This document shows, piece by piece, positions 10,932 through 23,697 of a stretch of 64,000 nucleotides of DNA; positions within the stretch are counted from its first letter, which is position 1; each line of letters starts with the position of its first letter. A model generated the notes under the pieces. It saw only the letters and a list, made by a program, of their open reading frames with translations. It ran no database searches and was not told the DNA's origin. Source of the DNA: Eledone cirrhosa. Taxonomy: Eukaryota. Position numbers and translations under genes: made by a program. The stretch is from positions 24,552,001 to 24,616,000 of the forward strand of contig OZ024757.1 of the NCBI GenBank assembly GCA_964016885.1, in the 5' to 3' direction.

Positions 10932-12364
10932 ATCATGTAAACAAATACAAATTTCGCTGTAAATTTGAAAAAATGATAAACACTTTAATTAATTTTTGGA
11001 CCTAACCGGACCTTCATCAGAAGACATGGATATCATCCAATCAACCACAAAGAAACATGTATTTGATGGGTTTGTTTACCCATTTGCTCGTAGTTTGCAT
11101 GTAATTAGTGCCCATGTTGATAATTAATTAAGAGAAGTGTGCTAGCAGCTGAAGTATATGATAAAGTTATATCTGTATAAATACAGAGTGTGTAAACCGA
11201 GACTGCACCAACATGTATAATATATATATACGAACGGCAGAGCATAAACGAATTGAGAGAGAGAGACTAAGCATTACAGGAATCAAATGCTAAGTGCAGG
11301 AGAGGAGGTTGCGCTGGTATGGACATGCGATGCGTATGAAGGATGACAGCTGCATAAAAAGATGCAGAACACTAAAGGTCGATGGAAGTCTTGGAGTGGG
11401 GAGACCCAAGAAGACCTGAGATGAGGTGATAAAAGCTGACCTTGCCCAATTGCACCTTTCAAAGGCGATGACAGAGGACCGAGACCTCTGGCGTTACGCA
11501 GTAATACAGAAGACCCGACTTCCCAAGGGTACAAGCCAAAGCTGAAGCATATAGACAGTATGCCCCCCACTCCTCTCCTACTGTAAAGTGGTCGTGTAGG
11601 TATCACAACAAAAAGTACCCAGCCCACACTGTAAAGTGGTCGTGTAGGTGTCACTACAAAAAGCACCCAGCCCACTCTGTAAAGTGGTCGTGTAGGTGTC
11701 ACAACAAATAGCACCCAACCCACAGGATGATTTCTCACTGTAGTTTTAGTCCTGTAGAATCTCTTCTATATTAAAACTTTTATACTCTGCTATGTATTGA
11801 GTACCTTACTTACTGTGGTTACCTCCGATTCAACCCGGAATAACTTACCTCTTATATATATATATATGTATATAGACGTCGGTATAAACAAAAGAAAAGG
11901 GTAATCAACACGTGTGGAAATTGACAGTGTTTATATTAACAATTTGACCTATTTCTGCCTTACCAGCAGTTTCAAGACGTAAGAATGTCTGTAAAATAAT
12001 GGTTTCTGATTTAGACACAAGGCCAAAAATTGGGAAAGGGGTCCAGTCGATGAAATCGACCCCAGTACGTTACTTTTACTTTATTTTATCAACCCTCTGA
12101 TAAATGACAAAGCAAACCTCGGCGGGATTTGAACACAGACGTAGAAAGTCGTAAATATATGCCTCAAAACATGTCCGACGCTCTAATAATTGTTTCTTAT
12201 ATATATATATAGGCACAAGGCCAGTAACTGGTACTTTATTTTATCGACTCCGTGAGGATGAAAGGCAAAGTCAACCTCGGCGTGCGTCGTTTATGCAGAA
12301 ATAAGTTAAACTGTTAATATAAACATTGTGTATGTGTGTGTGTATATATAATATCATCACCGAC

Positions 12365-12544
12365 CTTATTAATCTCGTCCAGACCACCGAGTGTTTCCAT
12401 GGCTCTTGAAACATTCTTGATAATGCCAGGATATTCAATACAGACAGTCCTACGGCTTAATTTATCCGTGTTTATTGGAACAGATTCGTTTGGTAAATTT
12501 CCAAAACAATCGGATAAGCTGCTCATTCGGAAACTTTTTTCCAT
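12365..12544 (-). CDS. GTF3C5: GTF3C5 first coding exon
   Basis: MEKSFRMSSL...RRTVCIEYPGIIKNVSRAMETLGGLDEINK matches the conserved VCVEYPGxVxxxxxMLxTLGG motif. Donor AAG|GTCGGT at 12364. A candidate acceptor at 12568-12570 suggests an upstream UTR exon. Confidence 0.9.
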
Positions 12545-13780
12545 TTTTTTCTTTTTCTTTTCGCAGCCTGAAATTTGAAATGATGGATTATTAAAGATAG
12601 ATACACAGCTTTTCGCAATTAATTATAATTAATTCGTGTGTGTTAAACCACGAAATAACGGCGAAGCATGTTCTTGGTGGATTATCAAATAAAGTTCACC
12701 GCCATTGCAGCCGGTTCTATTCTTGTTTGTTTTTAAAGCGAGAATCTCATTCTAATATATAATTAAAAAATATAATCAATCATGTTCTTTTGTTTGGTTG
12801 TTATTTTTATTTTTATTTTTTGGGGACTTAATATTCCTATATGATACAGTTAGAGATTTAATACAAAGTATTGCGTTCTTCTTGTTAATATAACCAATGG
12901 TTTTCTTTGAGTAAAAATAAGTCCGTAATTTCATTCAGGTATTCTAATATTCTGTTATTCCTTTTTATAATCGTGCATTCGCTGATGTCACATGCAACGT
13001 ATTTACTGTTTTCTAATGTTTTCGGAAATAAATGCTTGGTAAGATTTGCTTTTAGATAAATTAATTTATCGCATGTCTAATTCCAAAGCAGAGGAAGGTG
13101 GCCATACAACAGCAACAGCAATATTAAAAATGGCCATGAGAGAATTAGCGTTTAATAGAATAGAATAGAAGAATATCCTTTAAGTATTCTATTCGTGTTC
13201 GTTTTTTTAAAGTCCCATTGTATTATTTACTTTACTTGCGATTTAATGGTATTTGTAGACCTGTTAGAAATAGCAGCCAAATCTCCCTCGAACTGCTCTT
13301 TAATTTGTATAATGTAGTCCTTAAAACAAAATCGGGTTTGCTGGATGAGCGCAGCCTGAGGCTAAACAACAATATTGCATATATATATATATATATAGGG
13401 GGTGATAAGTATAGAGGGGAAGGTCAGAATCGGTGCGTCAAACAATAATACTATGTGTTGTTCGCTTGCGTCCCTTTACGCGAGAGCTGAGTTAGCCATT
13501 ATTCTTTACAGAGAAGGTAAAATAAATACCAGGCAAAGTAGTAAGGTCGATATAATTAACGTAGGTGGTGGTGCCCCAGCATGGCCACACTCCATAATGA
13601 CTGAAACCAGTACATGGAATATTAATATAGATAGATATATTTATAAATAGACAGACAGAGACAGATAAATAGATAGATTTATTCAGTTCATTTGAGGTCT
13701 CCGTGAAATATTGGTGGTGTGTAATAACGTCTGTTGAATGTATCCGGTGACCTACGACCTCTGGCTGTATATTACCCAAG
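12545..13780. promoter_or_regulatory. Probable bidirectional promoter region between GTF3C5 and RPAP2
   Basis: Divergent start codons about 1.24 kb apart in relatively CpG-rich sequence. A YY1-like CAAGATGGC overlaps the RPAP2 ATG. Confidence 0.6.
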
Positions 13781-13848
13781 ATGGCTGCATTGACAGACTC
13801 AGAGAAAGATAAACAAAAGAAAACAGCGATGAGTGAGGAAGCAAAGAA
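13781..13848 (+). CDS. RPAP2: RNA polymerase II-associated protein 2 (Rtr1/RPAP2 CTD phosphatase), exon 1
   Basis: caagATGGCT start gives MAALTDSEKDKQKKTAMSEEAK. Donor aa|gtatga, and phase 2 fits exon 2. Confidence 0.7.
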
Positions 13849-14051
13849 GTATGATTGTTTTTCATGTCTTTACCTCTTTCTTCGTATCATCGAAATAATT
13901 TGAGGATCATTTCGTCTCTGTTAAATAGCGATGCTGTTTCCAAAATCCAGCTGCTTCTCACTCCTGTTGGAGGAACTCCTCTCTCATCGACCTCCACCGC
14001 TTTTTATCTCTGGCCATGTTGGGCCGAGGTATCGGGTCAGATCATCATACT

Positions 14052-14523
14052 ATCTGGTTCTTCTCCACTGCCTTGATATTCACGCTGTCACTCTAAAAGT
14101 CCACCCGCTGTCTCTCAGATGAGAGATGTAACCAGGCCATCTGGCCACCCCTGGCTCTTCTCCACTTGCCTTGGTGTTCACTCTGTCACTCCAATAGTCC
14201 ACCTGTTGTCTCAGAGATGGGAGATGTAACCAGGCCATCTGGCCACCCCTGGCTCTTCTCCACTGCCTTGGTGTTCACTCTGTCACTCCAATAGTCCACC
14301 TGTTGTCTCAGAGATGAGAGATGTGACCAGGCCATCTGGCCACCCCCTGGCTTTTCTCCACTGCTTTGATGTTCACTCTGTCACTCCAATAGTCCACCTG
14401 TTGTCTCAGAGATGAGAGATGTAACCAGGCCACCCCCTGGCTCTTCTCCACTGCCTTGATGTTCACTCTGTCACTCTAATAATCCACACGTTGTCTCTCA
14501 GATGAGAGATGTGACCAGCCCAT
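14052..14523 (-). repeat. About 98-bp tandem array (4-5 units) derived from an RTE LINE C-terminal coding segment
   Basis: The unit on the minus strand reads WPGYISHLxDNRWTIGVTExTPRQWRR and runs into a LINE 3' end at about 13900-14050. Confidence 0.7.
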
Positions 14524-15161
14524 CTATGTTTTTCCCTTCTTGGTGGTCTCAGTTGTGTTCTTCACTCCAGTCTGCTGTTAAATCCAGGTGTTATTCTACC
14601 ACGTAAGGTGATGCTGAACATGATTCGCTCCATTTTACGATACTGTTTAGCCCCCGAGTAAAACCTGGTACACTGACAAATTAGCAGTCGTTACAGCATT
14701 GGCTTGAATGATTTAATGGTGTTCGATCTGGTTCTCTCTGCTCTAAGTTCAAATCCGATCGAAGTCAACTTTGCCTTTCATCTTTTCGAGGCTGATAAAC
14801 TAATTAATAAGTACCAATCTAGTACTGAAGTCGATTCAGTCTCTATCTCTCCTTTGTTGTTTTGGGGTTTCGCTTGCTTCTCTCAGAGTCATCTGTGAGA
14901 AGCAGGCGAAACTAGAGTAACAAGCAAAACTCACTATTTAGCCTTAATAAAATGAATACTTAAACTCTACTTCAGTATGGACTACTCTTTTCTCTTGGCT
15001 ATCAACTACATACGGAGATTATATGTTATATTATATTATATTATATATATATATATACATATGTAGTTGACGGCCGAGAGAAAAAAGTACTCAATATATA
15101 TATATATTACCAGTCCAATACTGGAATCGATTCTTCTATCTCTTTATCACTTCCACTCTCC

Positions 15162-15211
<50 letters not shown>

Positions 15212-15374
15212 TATATAAACTTAAGAAAATTAACAAAGAATGGACAAGACAACGAAGATAGTGAATTTGGCTTTTACACCTACATCCCTTCTGATTACAG
15301 AATGCTGAAGTAGGCACATTACTACATCAGCTCCTGCAATTCTTGCAATTAATTAAGCCTCCTGCTTTCCATCT

Positions 15375-16040
15375 CTCGTGAACACGGCCCCAAGATACTT
15401 GAACTTCTCTAGCTGCATCAGTGGAACTCTACTTATATGTAGACTGTACTGTACAGGCTTCCTTGAGAAGACGAGTGTCTCAGTTTTCGCAGCACTGATT
15501 TTCATTCCAGCCACGCACCACTCCTATCGAGTGCAAGTTGGAGATCACCTTCTGTCGAGTTAAGTAACACCATGTCGTCTGCAAATTCCGGCCGACTGAT
15601 TTACCACTCGCCAGTCATGACACAACATCCAACCTGGCTGCATATGTCAATCCTGTTTGTGTAAATAATGTACAAGAGAGGTGACAGTACGCACCCTTGG
15701 CAGAGTCCGACTCCTACACTGAATGGTTTCGATTTAGAACAATTTATCCGAACATAAATACTTGGGCATTCGTATAGAGACATCAGGCTAGCAAGAAGCT
15801 GACCATCGATCCAATACTCCTGCACAACCTTCCACAGCCAGTCCCGAGGAAGACAGTCATGCCTTTTCAAGGTTGACAAAACAAGAATATACCTCTTGGC
15901 AATACTCCCACAATTTCTCGAAGGCCTGTTGCAGTGTGAGTATTTGGTCAGCTGTGCTGCATCCAGGGTGAAAAATCACTCTGTCCATCAGCTCGCTTGA
16001 ACTCAGCAATCTCCCTGCATCTCTTTGCCTGACACTTAGC
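15375..16040 (-). mobile_element. RTE LINE reverse transcriptase fragment
   Basis: Remnants STADQILTLQQ, CFVNLEKA, GLCQGCVLSPLLY, FADD and EKFKYLG. Confidence 0.8.
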
Positions 16041-16542
16041 ATAGACTATATGCGTGTATATATATATATATCATATCAAACCAAATTAAGATGAAATAAC
16101 TCCATTTTTTTCTTATATATTATTATATTAAAAATATATATGAAAGAATATATGTCCATGTGTTCGTATAGATATATGTGTCTGTATGTCTAAATCTACA
16201 GATACCTGTGTCTCTATGTATTTGATACAACCTTATAGTTACTTCTTAGACGTGTTATAAAAAAGGCTAAACAACCCTTTAGTCTTGAATGATTATGGGA
16301 TTTGCACCTAGAAAGTTCCCTTCTGAGTTACAAGTCTGGGCTAGGTTGTTTGTGGAAGACCAGCAGTCACCCATGCATTCTAGTCTCTCCTCTCTACCAC
16401 CAATCTTAGTCCAAGAGAAAGGCAAAGACTGATACAGCTTAGCACCAATGACACCATAACTCATTTTTACAGCTGAGTGAACTTGTGTTGTGTGTGTATA
16501 TATATATATGTGTGAGTGTATATATATATGTGTGCGTGTGTG

Positions 16543-16576
<34 letters not shown>

Positions 16577-16818
16577 GATATATGTATGTGTGTGTGTATA
16601 TATATATGTGTGTGTGTTGTATATATATATGTATGTGTGTGTGTATATATATATATTTATATGTGTGTGTATATATATATATGTGTGTGTGTATATATAT
16701 ATATGTGTGTGTGTGTGCATATATATTTATGTTTGTGTACATATATATATTCTGTGTAATTCTGAAGTTTTACTGCATGTGTGTGTTTCTGTTAATCTAT
16801 TTTTTTGTTATACTTCAG

Positions 16819-16930
16819 GAAAGACCTGGAAGAACAGATCAGGAAGAGGGTTTCATCGGAAGAGAGAGCTTTCCATATTGTTGTCAAGCTGGCTGAAGAA
16901 ACAGTTTCATTTGACAGACTTAAAGACATG
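16819..16930 (+). CDS. RPAP2: RPAP2 exon 2
   Basis: ttcag|G KDLEEQIRKRVSSEERAFHIVVKLAEETVSFDRLKDM|gtgggt. Confidence 0.85.
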
Positions 16931-17661
16931 GTGGGTTGTTGTTGTTATTATTATTATTATTATTATTTGGTGGTGGATTGGCAGTATCGGTAGAGGGTCG
17001 AACAATTTCCTCGTTTTTTCTAATATATACACTCTGCCTGTACATAGAGTGCATGTTTTGGTACAACCACCAGTAATTCACTGAATCACCTACACTATAT
17101 ATATATATATAAAATTGAAAGAGAAGGCTAAACAATGCAAAATGGACTGTGAGATGAGGTAACGAAAAGTAAGCTACCTGTTTTGTTTGTTGTTATTCTT
17201 TTTTCTGTTCAATATTTCGGGACCTAAAAGTCCCTTCTTCAGGGTTTAAGGAACTTTCCAATTTCCTCTCTTTGAACAGATAAATGAATAACAACAACAA
17301 GAAACAAAACAAAGATTACCAGGTAACTTACTTTTCGTTACCTCATCTTACAGTCCATTTTGCATTGTTTAGCCTTCTATCTCTTACAACATTATATATT
17401 ATACACAATACTTCAAGCAAACTACAACATTTTATTATATATATATGTGTGTGTATTTGGTAATGAAGCCATAAAAATAAGGATCTGTACAGCCTCGGCT
17501 GGTCCATTACTCACTCATTGAGACAAGATTTCAACGTGAGAACGGGCAAAGCAATATCGATCTGCTCTTCAGACTGGCGATGTGACAAAATATACATACA
17601 GATAGAAATATTTCGAAAATATCACAAGCAACCTTTCTATTATGATGTTATTGTTTTTAAG

Positions 17662-17760
17662 GCACACTTCCTCATGCCTACCCACTACCAAGACATTTGT
17701 GAAGAACGAGTCATTACCAAGCTTTGTGGATATCCAATTTGCACAAATAACATACCAAAT
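17662..17760 (+). CDS. RPAP2: RPAP2 exon 3 (zinc finger, CGYPIC)
   Basis: AHFLMPTHYQDICEERVITKLCGYPICTNNIPN|gtaagt contains the Rtr1/RPAP2 signature YxDxxxERxxxxxCGYPxC. Confidence 0.95.
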
Positions 17761-20204
17761 GTAAGTGAATGTATCTCTTTTTCATTGAATATTTGTTGTT
17801 CAAAGATGTTGCAGCTGTGACCATCCCCTTATCTGTATATCTAGCCAGCTACTCTAGTGTTGGTGCCATAATGAAATACACCCAATACGCTCTGTAAAGT
17901 GGTAGATTTGATGCCGTGATGATACACTCCTAGTACACTTAGTAAAGTTGTATTGCTGGTGGTGCCATGATAAAATACACCCAGTACACTGTAATGGGAT
18001 AATGCACTCAGAACACTGTAAAATGGTAGTCCTGATGTCACAATAAATTGCACCCAGTATACTCTGTAATGATGTTGGTGTTACGAGCTAACCTGGGGTT
18101 AAACAACAACAACTCATACTCAGTAAGTAAAGAGCCCTTAACTAATGATGGAGTCATAAGGTCGCCATTTTTACATGTGGTGTCTCAGGCAGTTTGAACT
18201 TGGTGGAGCTCATTCCACTCCAGGTCTGAACACAATTGATATCTTCCAAAGAAAGAAAAAAAAGAGAGGACGAATCACTCCCTGTACTGGACTAGTTCTT
18301 TATTTATTGACCACAAATTAACCTTGGTGGGATTTGAACTAGTGAGTACAGTGAGCCAGAACAAATTCCAAGCCACTTTTTATCCAACACTCGACTGCCA
18401 ATTTGCCACAGATATATAGGCAGTGAATTGGTAGAGTCATTAGAATGTTGGATAGAATGCTTTAAAGTATTTCAGGTTCTCTGTGTTTGAATCCCACTGA
18501 GATCAACTTTGCCTTTCAACCATTCTAAATCAATAAAAAACAGTACCAGTCAAGTACTGGGGTCAATTCTTCCTCTGTATCTCTTTCTCACTTCCTTTCT
18601 CTCACTGAAAGAAATCTGTTGTATTCAGACCTACCCTGCTGAGGTCATCTTAGCCTTTCATCCATTTGAGGTCAATAAAAGAAGTACCAATCTAGTGCTG
18701 AGGTTGATTTTTCCTCTACATCTCTTACTCACTTCCTTTCTCTCACTCTTTATCCTTCTCGGGAAGAAATCTGCTGTGTTCAGACCTAGAGAGAAGAAGG
18801 GCTCCGTCAGGTTTGAAAATGCCCTAGAAACGCTGTATGGCAATATGGCGCCCCTACGACTCTCTCAGGAGTTATGGGACTATACCATACCTATCACTTC
18901 ACATCACACAGATATAAACAAACAAAGGCATAATATAGGTGAAAAAGGAATGCTGTGATCGTCTCACTTGATCCATTCCGCCTTCACTGATTTCACATAA
19001 TCAACATAAATAGAAATATTTGATGCCATATACACCGAACAACCTCCAGCCAATGGCTAAAATGTTCATAGGCTGACCAAGATATTCTCATGGAATGACC
19101 AAATGAGGTTCATTTTTCAACATAATCCCTGGAAAGAAACAATGCTGTTATTAATAAGAAGAGGGAAATTAATACATACGAGATTTCAAAGCTCTAGCAT
19201 CAATCCTTTAGCTTTGAAGACTTTGCACTTTGTAGATCTCCAATGATATTGATTTATTATATACTAGCTGAAGTACCCGGCTTCGCCCGGGAGAACAGAG
19301 AAAACGACTGTATTGGATGTGTTGTCTGGTATGAGGTGAGACTGTGTGAGAAAGACATAAAAAAAACAATCATAAAACTTCCTTATTAGGCTGGGGGAGT
19401 AAACTGCTGATTAAATGGTAGCATTCATCATCATCACCCTTTTATGTCCCTTCTTCCACGCTAGCATGGGTTAGATGGGTTGTCCTGTTGTGGGCAGTGT
19501 CCGGTCGGCTGACCTTGTCTTGCTCATACGGGAACTGATTCTGGCCTGATTTCTATAGCTGGATGCCCTTCCTAACACCAACCTCATTTACAGTAAGTGC
19601 TGGGTGCTTTTTTTTTCCATGGCACCTATACATCCACTTTACAGTGAGTGCTGGGTGCTTTTTTGCCATGGTACCTCCACGACCACTTTGCAGTGGATTG
19701 ATAGGAACCCCAGTCCTATCATCTTATTTCTACAGCTGAGTAAACTGGAGCAATGTGAAATAAGGTGTCTTGCTCAAGGAAACAACACATCACCCGGTCC
19801 GGGAATTGAACTCACACTTGGCCTTGGATTTTAAATGTTGTGAAATAACCATAGTCAGTATGATCTTTTTCAGCTCCAAAGGACGTCATCTGAAACGTAG
19901 CAATGCACCGCATAACATTGCTTCTGAAGTGTTGCTTCGTTAGTATGGACTGTAAGTAGTATATGGAAAAAAGCTGGAAGGTAGATTAATTTCAAATAGT
20001 ATCAATTTTTCTTTGTTCTGTAAAATCAAAGATTATAAAACAACTTTATAAAAGCTAACACAATATTGTTAAACCTTCCTATAGATCAAAGACTTTTGTG
20101 GGACATCTCTCTCTCTCTCTGAATATTTAACACTTTAATTTGTGTTAATTTAAAAGTTGGTTTTGAATAAGGACAATGGGATTGATGAGTTAATATCTGT
20201 ATAC

Positions 20205-20430
20205 AACAACTACAACGGTACGCGATGGGGCCCACCCACAGCCCCGGCGGACAGAATGGAGAAGGCATTTCATCGGAGGACGGCAAGGGAGACACGCTGG
20301 AAAAGCCACTCCATCTCGTGGGGCTCACACCTGCGGCTGGCCAGCTCAGCGCCTATGGTGGTGAGTAAGGAGGTAGCCCTGGGGCCGAGGACAGCAGAAG
20401 TCTCCACTGCCAGGGGTACGACCGCAAACC
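20205..20430 (-). mobile_element. CRE-clade-like non-LTR retrotransposon 3' end (restriction-like endonuclease C-terminus)
   Basis: Translates as VPLAVETSAVLGPRA...EPHEMEWLFQRVSLAVLRxNAFSIL. Related GC-rich fragments at about 27080-27320, 38140-38205 and 39015-39200. Confidence 0.6.
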
Positions 20431-20604
20431 TGTATATCTCTCTCTTTAGATGTGTGTGTATATAGTTTGTGTGATTCAACCAACCAATTTTATATATATA
20501 GATTGGAAATTGGACTAAATCTCTCCAATAATATTGATTTATGGTTAGTAATAAATATATTGGAAATCAAGCTAAACTTGCCTTAAAATATTCATTTATT
20601 GTAG

Positions 20605-20670
20605 ACCAAACCCCAAAAATATCAGATATCAACAAAAACCAACACAGTCTATGACATCACAGAACGTAAA
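20605..20670 (+). CDS. RPAP2: RPAP2 exon 4
   Basis: gtag|TKPQKYQISTKTNTVYDITERK|gtaagt matches the conserved QKYxISTKTNxVYDITERK. Confidence 0.95.
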
Positions 20671-21485
20671 GTAAGTGTTTGATTATATTCTCTGTTTTTA
20701 CTGGTTTCACTCATTTAGCTGTGGCCATACTGGGGCATCTCAAGGAATTTGGTCAGCTTCAGAATTTTCTTTTTCTTTCATTGATTTATTTTTGACAAAA
20801 TATCCAATAACTAATAATAATAAAGTGAAAAACAAATAGTGCATGTGTTTTGTATTGGTGAAAATGACTCTCTCTAAATATAACACTATCTGTTTCAACA
20901 ACTTCACATGAAGAATCTTGCAAAACAAATACATAAGCATATAGTTATATATATGTAGGAACTCCAGTATGGAGATGACTTAATCCTTATAGCTGAATCT
21001 ATGGCTGAATTAGAGAAAAAATTCCAAACCTGGAAGCATGGCCTGGAATCAAAAGGCCTTAAAGTCAACTTAGCAAAGACTAAAGTTCTAGTAAGTAGAA
21101 AAGAAAACAGGGCCCAAATCTCCTCGGGAAAATGCCCAAGCGAAACCAGCCAAGCTCATGGATGTTATCCAACCATCTTGCTCAGGGTCTACCCGTGGGT
21201 CTCCTACCGGTTGGTTTTGCCCATAAAATCTGTCCAGCGATTCTTTGTTGAGACATTCTCACCACATGGCCATAGTTACAGAGTTGTGATCTCTCAATTC
21301 GGAGAAGTAGCAGCTCTACTTGGAGTGACTCTCTCATCTCCGAGTTACGCACTTTATCGAGTAACGTTACTCCAAATACCCTTCGGAGGAATCCCATTCC
21401 AGCCACTTGTTCTGATATGTTTTGTTTGTTTTTTTCTTTATTGTTTGATTATTGTTTTGTTTTTACTTTTCAAATCCCCCCCCAG

Positions 21486-21613
21486 AATTTCTGTAGTAAT
21501 CGCTGTTTCAAACATTCCAAGATGTTTGAGAAACAGATTCTGACATCTCCATTATGGCTCCGTACCAAAGAACAGCCTGCCAATTTCCATGTTCCAACTG
21601 TAGAGAATGACAA
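21486..21613 (+). CDS. RPAP2: RPAP2 exon 5
   Basis: ccag|NFCSNRCFKHSKMFEKQILTSPLWLR...END aa|gtaagt. FCSNxC supplies the remaining zinc ligands. Confidence 0.93.
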
Positions 21614-22990
21614 GTAAGTGTCTCCTCACCCTTATTCTACAGAAAGTATGTGTCACTAGGGATATTTTACCCAGTTTTCTAACACTGTATCATTGTGGGG
21701 AATCTGTGATTGGATTTCTATAGTTCTAATTTCAAATCATCCAAACACTTAAAGTCCATTTGTTTGTTTTTATGTAATAAAACTTTTTGAAAATCTTGTG
21801 GTATACCATACCACTTTTAGTACCATGGCTTAATCCTTCAGCATTTACATTACGCTATATATACTATTGTATTTTCCCCATAAAGGCTTTATTTCTCAAT
21901 ATCTCACATGATATTGAATCTACGAGATGTTGATAATATTTATTTTGAGAACAATACATTAACATCAGTACGAGTGGCCAGTTACAGCCGGTTTGAACAG
22001 AAAGAGGTGAGAGAATTCTGGCCAGATATGACCGATTTAAATGCTAAAGGGTTAATGGTTAGAACATAGGGCTTGCAATCGAGAGGTTGTGAGTTTGATT
22101 CTTGGACTGAGTGATGCATTGTGTCCTTGAGCAAGTCACTTTGTTTCATGTTGCTTCAGTTTACTCAGCTGTAGAAATGAGTTGCAATGTCACTGGTACC
22201 AAGCTGTATTGGCCATTGCCTTTCCCTTGGACAACATCGGTAGCATGGAGAGGGGAGACTGGTGTGTGTGAGCAACTGCTGGTCTTCCACAAACAACCTT
22301 ACCTGGACTTGTGCCTTGGAGGGGAACTTTCTAGGTTCAAATCCCTTGGTCGATCATGTTCATGGCCAAAAGGGGGTCTTTACCCTAGTGTGTATATAGT
22401 GTATATATGTCGGGTCACTCTTGAGTGCTACTGGTAACATGTAACCCAGTACAACCTGTCGCATGGTCGGGTTGTCGGTGACTAAACCGGCAACCCCACC
22501 AAGTTTACTTGGTGAGGAGGGTGATTTTGTACACCCTGCAGGACAAAAAACAAAACCTGACGAAGGGCGGAAGAACTCATAAGAGTCAACGGCCATCTGA
22601 AAGTGTGTAAATATGTATATACACATGTCCCGAGTGGTTAAACCACTGGGAGTGAAGGACCCTTCTAGAAGGCAACTCAGGAAACTGGGATAACTCCGAT
22701 ATAAAACCTGGGGCTCAGTAGTTACTGATGAAGTTGATATTTTCTTCTTTTCGGGTTATAGCTACTGTCGCTCAGAGAGTGGGATTGGCTCAGTGCACAG
22801 TCTTTCCTCACTTTAAGAAATATCTTCACGCACAGGCATTGCACGATAGAATTAATTAATAATGTTATATCGTGCAATGGCCATACTCGATAACTAGGGG
22901 GCAACCACCATGTAGTGTATATATCAGTTTCGACCTCACTGGTGCCAAGCTGTATTGGCCATTGCCTTTCCCTCAGACAACATCATATAT

Positions 22991-23420
22991 AGTGTGCATA
23001 GTATATTATAGAGTATACATAGTGTATATAGTATATTATAGAGTATACATAGTGTATATAGTATATTATAGAGTATACATAGTGTATATAGTATATTATA
23101 GAGTATACATATTGTATATAGTATATTATAGAGTATACATAGTGTATATAGTATATTATAGAGTATACATAGTGTATATAGTATATTATAGAGTATACAT
23201 AGTGTATATAGTATATTATAGAGTATACATAGTGTATATAGTATATTATAGAGTATACATAGTGTATATAGTATATTATAGAGTATACATAGTGTATATA
23301 GTATATTATAGAGTATACATAGTGTATATAGTATATTATAGAGTATACATAGTGTATATAGTATATTATAGAGTATACATAGTGTATATAGTATATTATA
23401 GAGTATACATATTGTATATA
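22991..23420. repeat. 30-bp minisatellite (agtgtatatagtatattatagagtatacat), about 14 units
   Basis: Directly visible, nearly perfect tandem units. Confidence 0.95.
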
Positions 23421-23697
23421 ACAGTTGTGATGTCACTGGTGCTTAGCTGTATCAGTCTTTGCTTTTTCCTTGGACAACATCAGTGGAAAGGAGAGACTGG
23501 TATTCATGGGTGAATAAACAACTTTGCCCGGACTTATGCCTTGGAGGGGAACTTTCTAGTTGTAAATCCCATGGTCATTGGTGACTGAAGGGTGTTTTTT
23601 ACCCTTTAACCATAAAGAATTAGGTGTATTTTGTGAAGTTGCTCTTGTTGGTATCTTCTTATTCTTTACAAAAAAACTGTTTTTGTTTCTGTTACAG

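Noticed and set aside
10983-11023. Hammerhead-like motif on the minus strand (CTGATGA-A-GGTCC..GGTCC-AAAAATTAATT)
   Set aside because: The catalytic G of GAAA is replaced by A. Counted only as a decayed relic.
17505-17575. CTGAAGA...GAAA on the minus strand
   Set aside because: No consistent stem I or stem II register around the core.
22872-23513. 213-aa repetitive ORF
   Set aside because: Translation of a 30-bp minisatellite.
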